From the IMG/VR virus record IMGVR_UViG_3300037512_000782, positions 252,732 to 316,731 of that record: DNA of 64,000 bases. One strand, 5' to 3'. Source of the stretch: a virus. Taxonomy: Duplodnaviria; Heunggongvirae; Uroviricota; Caudoviricetes. The notes below the pieces were generated by a model. The model did not search any database and was not told the origin of the DNA. It saw only the letters and a list, made by a program, of their open reading frames with translations. The number at the start of each line of letters is the position of its first letter. The stretch's first letter is position 1. The position numbers were made by a program, and so were the translations under genes. Positions 36,156-44,086 of this stretch are shown piece by piece.

Positions 36156-37826
36156 ATGTACAAAGGTTGCTACAATAGCTATAAGTTCGATATGACCGAC
36201 ACTCATGCCATTGCCTACTACGGCATTGACACCAAGGACTTCACGTTTATAAAGAACAGCTATGTGTTCAATCGTCGCACCAACTTGGAAGGTAGCGCCG
36301 ATGCCGATCTGGCTGAACGTGTTGTCGGAGCTATCTCTAGCTTCGGTGTGAATGGTGTCCAAGTGGATAGCATCGAGTGCGGCCCCGTGGTGACTCGCGT
36401 GAACTTGAAGTTGCCGTATGGTGTTCGCATCAAGACGGTTGCAGACTTGTCTAACGACATCGCTATGCAGCTCAATGTCAAGAGCGTGTCCGCTACTCCG
36501 GTGCCCGAAAAGGGTGTCCTCGCCTTGGACATTCCCGCCAAGGAACGCAAGGTCATCCGTTTGGGAAATGTTCACACGGAGAAGTCTAGCACTATGGCTC
36601 TTCCGCTTGAACTCGGCGTGTCTGTCACTGGCGAAGCTCGTGCTATCGACTTGGCGAAGGCTCCGCATCTTCTGATTGCTGGTCAGACTGGCTCTGGCAA
36701 GTCCGTCTGCATCAACTCCATCATCTGCTCGTTGCTCCGTAACGTGCCGCTGAACGACTTCGACTTGATGCTTGTCGATCCGAAGGGTGTCGAATTGAAC
36801 GATTACCGCTTCGTTCCGAACTGCATCAACAAGAAGGTTCTCGTCGAACCGAACGAGTCGCTTGATGGCCTCCGTTGGCTCTGCAAGGAAATGGATCGCC
36901 GCTATGCTATCTTGACGAAGTATGGGCATCGCAACCTTCAGTCCTACAACGATTGGGTGAGCAAGCAGCCTGTCGGTAAGGATTGTGTAGAGAAGATGCG
37001 CTATGTTGTCTGTGTGGTTGACGAGTTTGCCGACTTGATGATGACTGCTGGCACCGAACTCACGGCAATCGTGCAGAGACTGGCTCAGAAGAGCCGTGCG
37101 GTTGGTATTCACTTGATTCTCGCCACGCAGAGACCGTCTGTCAAGGTGGTCACTGGCGATCTCAAGGCAAACTTGCCGTGCCGTATCGCCTTCAAGGTCA
37201 GTTCCACCACCGACTCCGTGACCATCCTCGGTCATGGCGGTGCCGAACGCTTGCTCGGTATGGGCGACATGATTCTCAGCAACAACGATGTTGATGAGCG
37301 CTTGCATGGTGTGTATCTTGATGACCACGACATCTTCTACACCGTCGCGGTTCTCTACAACACGACCGTAAACTCCATCATTCGCGAAGTCGATTTCGTG
37401 AACGGAAAGGCATCTAACTCGTTGGGCGTTCCGTCTTGGCTCTTGGAGACCATGAGCGAATGCGGTCGCCGTCAGCTCGCTAGCGGTTCTCCGTCTTGGC
37501 TTGAAAAGCTCGTAGATATTAACCGCAAGGTTTGGGATCGCTCGGTTGACGAGAACAAGTACACCTTCGCCACGTTCATGTGCCGTATGGCAAAGTATTA
37601 TGGCGAGGTCGAAGCTATCCGTCCGCTTGTCGCTAGCAGCGTGTTCGGAAAGGCCGTGTCGGCTCGTTCTGTTGGCAATGTGTACGGCACTATGCTTGAT
37701 ACCATGCTTCGTCTTCCGACAAAGTATGCACTTGGTCTCGGATACTCCGACCCTGATGTAAAGCAAGCGTTGAGCCGAACTGCAAGTGTCAACGATCAGT
37801 TGGATTACTTGAAGTCCATCGCATAG
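36156..37826 (+). CDS. ftsK: FtsK/SpoIIIE-family DNA translocase motor (alpha/beta domains; no N-terminal TM)
   Basis: GPVVTR, PHLLIAGQTGSGKS (Walker A), VDPK, VVDEFADLM (Walker B), LATQRPS, GAERLLGMGDM; SD GGAGG. Confidence 0.9.
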   Translation: MYKGCYNSYKFDMTDTHAIAYYGIDTKDFTFIKNSYVFNRRTNLEGSADADLAERVVGAISSFGVNGVQVDSIECGPVVTRVNLKLPYGVRIKTVADLSNDIAMQLNVKSVSATPVPEKGVLALDIPAKERKVIRLGNVHTEKSSTMALPLELGVSVTGEARAIDLAKAPHLLIAGQTGSGKSVCINSIICSLLRNVPLNDFDLMLVDPKGVELNDYRFVPNCINKKVLVEPNESLDGLRWLCKEMDRRYAILTKYGHRNLQSYNDWVSKQPVGKDCVEKMRYVVCVVDEFADLMMTAGTELTAIVQRLAQKSRAVGIHLILATQRPSVKVVTGDLKANLPCRIAFKVSSTTDSVTILGHGGAERLLGMGDMILSNNDVDERLHGVYLDDHDIFYTVAVLYNTTVNSIIREVDFVNGKASNSLGVPSWLLETMSECGRRQLASGSPSWLEKLVDINRKVWDRSVDENKYTFATFMCRMAKYYGEVEAIRPLVASSVFGKAVSARSVGNVYGTMLDTMLRLPTKYALGLGYSDPDVKQALSRTASVNDQLDYLKSIA

Positions 37827-37852
37827 ACTAAAATAATGGGTACGGGGCTGCC
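37826..37852 (+). promoter_or_regulatory. cassette element copy 41
   Basis: GACTAAAATAATGGGTACGGGGCTGCC; 13-bp stem with two G-T pairs. Confidence 0.8.
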
Positions 37853-37896
37853 ACGGCTCCGTATCCATTTGTCACAAACTAACCAAAGGAAGCAAT

Positions 37897-38358
37897 ATGA
37901 AAACTGGATTAAAAGACCTCAAGGGCAATGAAATTAACATCGGCGACAAGTTTCGATTCATTTATACGGATCCTATGGGCAAGCCGTTTCCAGAAACTCT
38001 CGATGACGGCTTGTACGAAATCGCCTATGAACATGGCGCTGTCGTAGCCAAGTACATCGACGGCCACGGCGTAGAGACCGAGAACTCTCGCCTTCTCCGT
38101 AATTGGATTGAGACCGAGGAAGGCCGCTACATCAGCAACTACGGCCCTCTTACCGTCTTCAAGAACGATGTCGTGCTTGGCGAAGTCGTCGAAAAGGGTC
38201 CTGGCGAACTCGATGTCGAGAAGCTTCTCATGACGCTCATCGACAACATCGAATATGTCTACGCAAAGACCGACGGCACGTACGGAAACTTGCATCCGAA
38301 CATTTCTGGAAATGTACAGTACATCCGCGACCAGATCCGCAAGCACAAGAAAGATTAA
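37897..38358 (+). CDS. YopX-family phage protein
   Basis: KTGLKDLKGNEINIGD motif; C-terminal EVVG-like VVLGEV. Confidence 0.6.
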   Translation: MKTGLKDLKGNEINIGDKFRFIYTDPMGKPFPETLDDGLYEIAYEHGAVVAKYIDGHGVETENSRLLRNWIETEEGRYISNYGPLTVFKNDVVLGEVVEKGPGELDVEKLLMTLIDNIEYVYAKTDGTYGNLHPNISGNVQYIRDQIRKHKKD

Positions 38359-38376
38359 CTTTTTAGCTACTACCTA

Positions 38377-38405
38377 TTGACAAACCAGTAGGTAGAAGTT
38401 ATATT
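38377..38405 (+). promoter_or_regulatory. sigma70-type promoter
   Basis: TTGACA-N17-TATATT. Confidence 0.8.
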
Positions 38406-38423
38406 TTAACCAGAGGTAGAAAC

Positions 38424-38723
38424 ATGATTAGATACAAGGTCACATCGACCCACATAAACCCGGCCTACAGACCGAAAATAACTTGGGTGAACACCAAGGA
38501 AGAAGCCGAAGCCGTCAAGGCCCACGAGGCTCCGATCGCCGTCAGCGACATTCAAGAATGCGAAATTCCTGATGCCATGTACGAAAAGATCAAGGCTCGT
38601 CTCTCCGAAAGCGAACCGTTCTGCAAGCTGAAAGAATACGAACAGTTTGACGATATCTATATGTGCTATCGTCGTATGCTCTGCGCCCTCGACGATTTCT
38701 ACGATTCTCGCTACGCCTACTAG
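38424..38723 (+). CDS. hypothetical protein
   Basis: SD GAGGT after sigma70 promoter. Confidence 0.75.
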   Translation: MIRYKVTSTHINPAYRPKITWVNTKEEAEAVKAHEAPIAVSDIQECEIPDAMYEKIKARLSESEPFCKLKEYEQFDDIYMCYRRMLCALDDFYDSRYAY

Positions 38724-38731
38724 GAGCCGCC

Positions 38732-38962
38732 ATGAAGACAAAGTATATGATTCGTCGTGAGTTCTACGGAGTCATGCCTAAGTTGGGTGTATTCGACACC
38801 AAGCAGCTTGCCGAACGGCAGATTCAGTTGCTTCCAGAAGTAATGACGGACTACGACCACTTCGCCGTAGAGGAAATACCTTGTCCGGAATGCGAGGAAG
38901 AGTTCACCATCGACTTCCGTCGAGCAAACAAGAAACAAGATGAGGAAAAATCCAATGGTTAA
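38732..38962 (+). CDS. hypothetical protein
   Basis: Start moved to the ATG at 38732 (SD AGGAG). Confidence 0.7.
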   Translation: MKTKYMIRREFYGVMPKLGVFDTKQLAERQIQLLPEVMTDYDHFAVEEIPCPECEEEFTIDFRRANKKQDEEKSNG

Positions 38963-39230
38963 ATTCTACAAAGTCAGTTTGTCGCTCACTGGACTGATGT
39001 GCCTAGCGTCTGGCGTATACACGATATGGCGTTTCGACCAGTGGAATGACGGCGTTCTCCAAGTGATTTTGGGAACTATCTTACTGGTCGGCTACATCCT
39101 CTTGGATGTCTTGTCGAATATGGCGATTGTCACCAAGGTTGAAGTCATCAAGCCGGACGGCGTGAACGTGCAAATCGTCAACAAGAACTGTATCGACGGC
39201 AACGGGACTGCCTCGGACAAAGATAAATAA
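38955..39230 (+). CDS. 2-TM membrane protein
   Basis: Hydrophobic; reads through element 42. Confidence 0.7.
   Translation: MVKFYKVSLSLTGLMCLASGVYTIWRFDQWNDGVLQVILGTILLVGYILLDVLSNMAIVTKVEVIKPDGVNVQIVNKNCIDGNGTASDKDK
39186..39212 (+). promoter_or_regulatory. cassette element copy 42 (inside 3' end of upstream ORF)
   Basis: AACTGTATCGACGGCAACGGGACTGCC. Confidence 0.75.
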
Positions 39231-39265
39231 GGCACACTCAACAAATTAAACAAAAAGGAATTTTT

Positions 39266-39508
39266 ATGCGCTGTGGATTACGAAAAATAGATAAGTCTAT
39301 GCAAGACATCGTCAAGAACGCTGTACGAAGCGGTCGATGGGAACAGAAATGGGGTCGAAAGCACATGAAGCTCGTCATGAAGGATACTCCTTCCAAGTGG
39401 ATTCCCATTGCTGGCTCCTCTCGCGACCAGGCCCACGCAGCCAAGAACTTGACTTCCGAAATCCGCCGTCTCGAAAGAGAAGCTGGCTTCACTGAATTTT
39501 CTGTGTAG
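39266..39508 (+). CDS. small basic protein, possibly HicA-like
   Basis: RW..KWGRKHMKL..IPIAGSSRD..AAKNL pattern. Confidence 0.4.
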   Translation: MRCGLRKIDKSMQDIVKNAVRSGRWEQKWGRKHMKLVMKDTPSKWIPIAGSSRDQAHAAKNLTSEIRRLEREAGFTEFSV

Positions 39509-39517
39509 GGGTCAACA

Positions 39518-39808
39518 ATGACTTTTGACGAATACGAACAAAAACAGCACGAAGTCGACATGTTTAGAATGAATGTCCAGTGCGCAATCTGCGGAGTGCT
39601 TGGCATCAATGCTGGCGACACCGACGGATCCACATTCCACTTCAACCGCGTAAGCGATACCGATATCGAATACCATATCGACTACGTGGATGGCCGTCGC
39701 AAGGCAATCGACCGCAAGATGGACATCAAGCTCGTAGAGCTTGCAATGGAAGGCAACGTGGCCATGGCGCGTGACCAGTACCTTGAACTTTATTGCCGAG
39801 CGAGGTAA
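39518..39808 (+). CDS. hypothetical protein
   Basis: SD AGGGG. Confidence 0.7.
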   Translation: MTFDEYEQKQHEVDMFRMNVQCAICGVLGINAGDTDGSTFHFNRVSDTDIEYHIDYVDGRRKAIDRKMDIKLVELAMEGNVAMARDQYLELYCRAR

Positions 39809-39810
39809 GT

Positions 39811-40041
39811 ATGGCAATCGAAAACATCGAAGACTATTGGCGCGGTGAACCGAACTTCGGACTCCACAGACAAGAATGGGTGATCGAAGTCGACTGCCGA
39901 GGCACCGACATCGAAGACATCATTCCGAGGCAGCGCATCAAGCTGGCGACCACCAATCTCAAACCGCCTAGCGACGACAGATTCATTAGCATGTGCGCTA
40001 TGGGACTGGTGCCGACGGTTGGCGAATTACTCACAAGATAA
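39811..40041 (+). CDS. hypothetical protein
   Basis: Start moved to the ATG at 39811 (SD GAGGT). Confidence 0.65.
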   Translation: MAIENIEDYWRGEPNFGLHRQEWVIEVDCRGTDIEDIIPRQRIKLATTNLKPPSDDRFISMCAMGLVPTVGELLTR

Positions 40042-40061
40042 TCAAAAAAGGAATTACAACC

Positions 40062-40547
40062 ATGTTTACGAAAATCAGCAACTTCATTGAACGCATTTCC
40101 GAATGGTTCTTGTGGAGAAGCATCAAGAAGAAACTGCGCCCATTTGTCAAGGTAAGGAAGGTATTGCAGCCGAACGAAGTTCCGAGCTACATGCATCTCA
40201 TTCTCCGTTCGCTCCAGAATCGCGAGTATTCTGGAATTATCTTGCTGTCCAACAACAAGCGGATCTACAACTACATCCAGAGGACTCTGGGAGATACCAA
40301 TACAGTGTTCTTCCGTGAGCCGTTCACCTTCAATCCGGACAAGCTCTTCGACAAGATCAAGGAGTACGCCACGCCTCTCCATGTCGATTACGCGGTGACT
40401 GGCTACGGGAACGACTCTCCGTTCTACATTCTGGCCGTGCCGAACGACCGCAAGCCGAACGACGGACTGAACTACGATCAGCGGGACTGCCACAAGAAAC
40501 CATTGAATAAGCGCACCAAAAACCACAAAAAACACAACAAGGAGTAA
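40062..40547 (+). CDS. hypothetical protein
   Basis: Start moved to the ATG at 40062; reads through element 43. Confidence 0.7.
   Translation: MFTKISNFIERISEWFLWRSIKKKLRPFVKVRKVLQPNEVPSYMHLILRSLQNREYSGIILLSNNKRIYNYIQRTLGDTNTVFFREPFTFNPDKLFDKIKEYATPLHVDYAVTGYGNDSPFYILAVPNDRKPNDGLNYDQRDCHKKPLNKRTKNHKKHNKE
40465..40491 (+). promoter_or_regulatory. cassette element copy 43 (inside 3' end of upstream ORF)
   Basis: GACTGAACTACGATCAGCGGGACTGCC. Confidence 0.8.
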
Positions 40548-40553
40548 TCAACC

Positions 40554-41081
40554 ATGTTCACAACCCTCAGTATCCTCGTCTACCTCGCAGAAGTTATCGA
40601 ACGTGTCGAAGCCGTCACCTTCGGGCTCGGTCTGTTCTTCGGAATATCCGCCTGTATCTCGCTCATAATAATGGGCTGTTGCGCTGCTGAAAACGAGTTC
40701 GACACTTCGAAGACTGGCGTCAAGAAGTGGTGCAAGTACACCTTTATCAGCGTTATCGTCGCCGTCGTGTTCATCGCCTTGTCCGCTTTAGTTCCGACCA
40801 AGAAGGCCGTATACATGATTGCTGGCATACAAGCCGCCGAATACCTGGTCAACACCGAAACCGCCAAGGACATCGGCAACGAAGGCGTCAAGATCTTCAA
40901 GGACGTTGGAACTATCATCCACAGCTATGCGGTTGATGCGGTTGGCACAGTGAAGGAAAAGGTCACTGACGGAGCCAAGAAGGCGGCTGAAACTACTAGC
41001 AAGGTCGTCGAAGCCGTGAAGGACAGTGCATCTTCTGTGGTGAAGGAGACCGTCAAGGAAACCATAGGCACGGACAAGTGA
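40554..41081 (+). CDS. 2-TM membrane protein with amphipathic repeat tail
   Basis: Hydrophobic segments; VKE..V repeats. Confidence 0.75.
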   Translation: MFTTLSILVYLAEVIERVEAVTFGLGLFFGISACISLIIMGCCAAENEFDTSKTGVKKWCKYTFISVIVAVVFIALSALVPTKKAVYMIAGIQAAEYLVNTETAKDIGNEGVKIFKDVGTIIHSYAVDAVGTVKEKVTDGAKKAAETTSKVVEAVKDSASSVVKETVKETIGTDK

Positions 41082-41082
41082 T

Positions 41083-41778
41083 ATGATTGACACGCAGTTC
41101 GAAGAAAAAATCTCTGTACAGCTTGCTCAGCGCATCGAAGCTCGCATGCCGTTCGCCAAGAAAATCTATGACGCGGTCGGCAGCTTCTATGTGGCTGGCA
41201 ACAGCCTTAACGAGGAAGCGCCGAACGATTTCGACATATACCCCGTATGGAAGAATCAGTTCGACGATGTCCGCAGCAAGATCGGTGAAGACAACGTAGT
41301 GTGCGTGACGAAGAACGCCGTTACTGCGAAGATCGATGGCAGAACCGTCCAGTTCTGCAACTACTTCAAGCCGTCGCTCGAAGAACTTCTGAAGTCATTC
41401 GACTTCGCCCATGTCCAAGTGGGTGCGAGGTTCACCAAGGCGCTCGACGGTTCTCCGATAAGCAACGTGGACTTCACGCCTGACTGGCTCGTCGCCAAGT
41501 CCACCGGGCAGACGTTCTATACCCATTCCGAATATCCGATTTCCTCGCTCGTTCGTATCAACAAGTACATCAAGCGCGGAAACTACGTCGGAAAGTCGTA
41601 TATCAGGGATGTCGTCCGCATCTTGACCGACATCCTCAACCGTGGCATCGAGGACTACGAAGACTTCAAGGATCAGCTCGACGCCATCGACCTCGGCTTG
41701 TTCGGAGAAGACGCCAGTACGGTTCTCGGACTGTTCCACGCATTCCAGAACGTGAAGCCGACTCCGTCGATAGAATGA
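41083..41778 (+). CDS. nucleotidyltransferase-fold protein (PolA/CCA-like head)
   Basis: FYVAGNSL...PNDFDIY; VQFC; LLKSFDF. Confidence 0.6.
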   Translation: MIDTQFEEKISVQLAQRIEARMPFAKKIYDAVGSFYVAGNSLNEEAPNDFDIYPVWKNQFDDVRSKIGEDNVVCVTKNAVTAKIDGRTVQFCNYFKPSLEELLKSFDFAHVQVGARFTKALDGSPISNVDFTPDWLVAKSTGQTFYTHSEYPISSLVRINKYIKRGNYVGKSYIRDVVRILTDILNRGIEDYEDFKDQLDAIDLGLFGEDASTVLGLFHAFQNVKPTPSIE

Positions 41779-41799
41779 TTTGGGTACGGCGGGACTGCT
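41773..41799 (+). promoter_or_regulatory. cassette element copy 44
   Basis: GAATGATTTGGGTACGGCGGGACTGCT; stem CGGCGG/CCGCCG extended imperfectly. Confidence 0.8.
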
Positions 41800-41852
41800 C
41801 CGCCGACCGATCATTTTGGCAACCGACATCAACATCAACAAGGAGAACCATC

Positions 41853-42212
41853 ATGTGCAAGCCTAATGACAACATCGCAGAACGCTATGCAGCGTACCAG
41901 AAACAGCCTGGTTCCATGAAACGTGCGCTCTCCAACTTCAATCGTATTACGGAAGAACGCTTTGCCATGTTCAAGGACGTGGTCAAGGATCACGAGGATA
42001 TCGGCAAGGCGGCCATCGTCATCATGGCGACCAACTACGCATCGTACTTGATGAAGCTGGCAAATGACGAGACCAAGACGCCTGAACGCCGTGTGTACGA
42101 GCTTGCTGGCGCAATCGCTCCCATGTACGAGATGATGTATGATCGTCTGACCAAGGAGACTATCGAGGACATGATCAAGAAAGTTGGAACGGAGGAAAGT
42201 CCTAATGCGTAA
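41853..42212 (+). CDS. hypothetical helical protein
   Basis: Start moved to the ATG at 41853 after SD. Confidence 0.75.
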   Translation: MCKPNDNIAERYAAYQKQPGSMKRALSNFNRITEERFAMFKDVVKDHEDIGKAAIVIMATNYASYLMKLANDETKTPERRVYELAGAIAPMYEMMYDRLTKETIEDMIKKVGTEESPNA

Positions 42213-42534
42213 GTTTCTTCTAGTCCTTCTTCTGCCGACATTGATATTCGCTTCGATGAAGTTGGAGTGCGGTGTATTCGCTGGTGCGTGGGAAAGCGTC
42301 ACCAAGCAGAAGATCGAACCGCCTACCGAATGCTTCGCCGAGACGAAGTCGATGGCGGCGTTCTCCAAGAACCTCGACCGTGCTTGGATCCTCGACTCCG
42401 ACAAGTACATCTTCTGTGAGTTCAGCGCACCCAACATGAACTACTCGTGTATCGTCAACGGTGCGGACACGACAAGTATCGTTCCTAGCTATATTGTCAA
42501 CACGTACTATAACCTTAAAAAATTTTTACATTAG
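42205..42534 (+). CDS. putative exported protein
   Basis: Signal peptide MRKFLLVLLLPTLIFA. Confidence 0.7.
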   Translation: MRKFLLVLLLPTLIFASMKLECGVFAGAWESVTKQKIEPPTECFAETKSMAAFSKNLDRAWILDSDKYIFCEFSAPNMNYSCIVNGADTTSIVPSYIVNTYYNLKKFLH

Positions 42535-42604
42535 GAATTAACTCGACTGTCAAGGTCTTTACTATATTTCATCACATCAACAACCATTAACAAAAGGAAA
42601 CGGA

Positions 42605-43102
42605 ATGAATACCAATACCGCAGAAACTAACACTACTGGAGATCTTTCACGAAAGAACCTCCCCTACACCGCCCAAGAAGACAAGAAGCTTCGCGACGGT
42701 GCAACTACGCTCCCTGGCCGTACGCTGAAGGCCGTGTATCAGCGCCGTCGTCAACTCGGACTCGTGAAGCAAGCCGCGTGGAATGAGGATGAACTCAAAC
42801 TCGCCCGTCAGAACATCGTTCCGGCTGGCCGTACTAAGGCCGCTCTCCGCTGTCTCCGCCACAAGCTCGGCCTCAACAAGAAGACCACCATGACCGCTAG
42901 CGGCCAGATGGAACTGACGCTTGCTCCGGTGTCCGCACACAACAACCAGCACATTTCCGACATCGTCGGCAAGTTCGTGAAGACCGTGAACATTCTCCGC
43001 AAGAGTGGAATGTCCGTCGCCGACATCGCCGACCAGACTGGCAAGACCAAGGAACAGGTGCAGAACGCCATCAATCTGGCCGATTCTCTCCGTTCCAAAT
43101 AA
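42605..43102 (+). CDS. Myb/SANT-like tandem repeats + C-terminal HTH (putative regulator)
   Basis: YTAQEDKKLR..RTLKAVYQRRRQLGL; WNEDELKL..RTKAALRCLRHKLGL; GMSVADIADQTGKTKEQV. Confidence 0.65.
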   Translation: MNTNTAETNTTGDLSRKNLPYTAQEDKKLRDGATTLPGRTLKAVYQRRRQLGLVKQAAWNEDELKLARQNIVPAGRTKAALRCLRHKLGLNKKTTMTASGQMELTLAPVSAHNNQHISDIVGKFVKTVNILRKSGMSVADIADQTGKTKEQVQNAINLADSLRSK

Positions 43103-43116
43103 TTTTTAATTATCGC

Positions 43117-43153
43117 AATGGGAGTCTGGGCGTGTACCGGATTCCCATTTTTT
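43117..43153 (+). terminator. intrinsic terminator
   Basis: AATGGGAGTCTGG/CCGGATTCCCATT then a T-run. Confidence 0.7.
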
Positions 43154-43174
43154 ATAGCACAAAGAGGTGTTTGT

Positions 43175-43771
43175 ATGGAAAAAGTTTTTACCAAGCGCGT
43201 ATACAACAAGTGGACGCCCGAAGAGGACGACATGATCCGCCGTGGCGAGATTCCGCCCAACCATCCGAGCTACGCCAACTGTCTAACTCGCGCACGTAAG
43301 CTGGGCTTCAAGTTCGTCAAGAAGCGCCAAGAAGGAGGCCGCTGGAGCGAACTCCAGGACAACATGGTACGCAAGGGCGTAGTGCCCCCAGAGAAGGGTC
43401 TGGAACGCGCCATACAGCGAGGCAACGAGCTTGGCGTAGACTTCTTGAAGCTGTTCTACGAGAAGATGGACACTAACGGCTTGCAAGGGCTTACGAAGGA
43501 CGAACGCATGCTCATCATGGCCGCGAACGAGAACTCCTTGAAGGAGTTCAAGGTCAAGGACAGCGCCGCCATACACAAAGCCGCGCAGCGAGGAAAGAAA
43601 TACTTCTTGATGCATGCGAAGTCGCTGCTCTCGATTCAGGACATCGCGAACAAGGAGAACTGTTCTCGACAGAATGTCCATCGACTGATCGATGCGTACA
43701 AGATCCAGTATTTCAACGAACACTGTTTCGACCAAGCGGTCAAGGAAGCTGAAGATGAAGGAATTCTTTAA
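43175..43771 (+). CDS. Myb-like repeats + sigma-region-4-like HTH (putative regulator)
   Basis: WTPEEDDMIR..RARKLG; WSELQDNMVR..RGNELG; SIQDIANKENCSRQNVHRLI. Confidence 0.65.
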   Translation: MEKVFTKRVYNKWTPEEDDMIRRGEIPPNHPSYANCLTRARKLGFKFVKKRQEGGRWSELQDNMVRKGVVPPEKGLERAIQRGNELGVDFLKLFYEKMDTNGLQGLTKDERMLIMAANENSLKEFKVKDSAAIHKAAQRGKKYFLMHAKSLLSIQDIANKENCSRQNVHRLIDAYKIQYFNEHCFDQAVKEAEDEGIL

Positions 43772-44060
43772 GGATGTGGGCTGGAGTGCGTTGTGCTTTA
43801 CTGGCGCACTCATCTTGCTGACGGTCGCACTCGTGGTGATTGCCGCCGTCGTGGCTCCGTGCTTCATCGTGCCCGGTCTGCTGGTCGAACACTGGGGCAA
43901 GACGTGGTATACAATGCTTCTTGGGCTGGCGTCCATTATCGTGTACTGGAGCATTGTCGATGTAATCAGTTCCGCCATTTGGCGCAAGATTACTGGCCGT
44001 CCAAAGCTCAAGCGAGGCGAGATCTACATTGAATACGCCGAATCTGGAGAACGCTCGTAA
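43755..44060 (+). CDS. 2-TM membrane protein
   Basis: Start moved to the ATG at 43755; hydrophobic. Confidence 0.7.
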   Translation: MKEFFKDVGWSALCFTGALILLTVALVVIAAVVAPCFIVPGLLVEHWGKTWYTMLLGLASIIVYWSIVDVISSAIWRKITGRPKLKRGEIYIEYAESGERS

Positions 44061-44086
44061 TGAGCATCGATTACTAGAGGTTTAAC

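Noticed and set aside
42541-42570. sigma70 promoter before the first Myb-repeat gene
   Set aside because: TATATT is present but there is no convincing -35 box at 16-18 nt.
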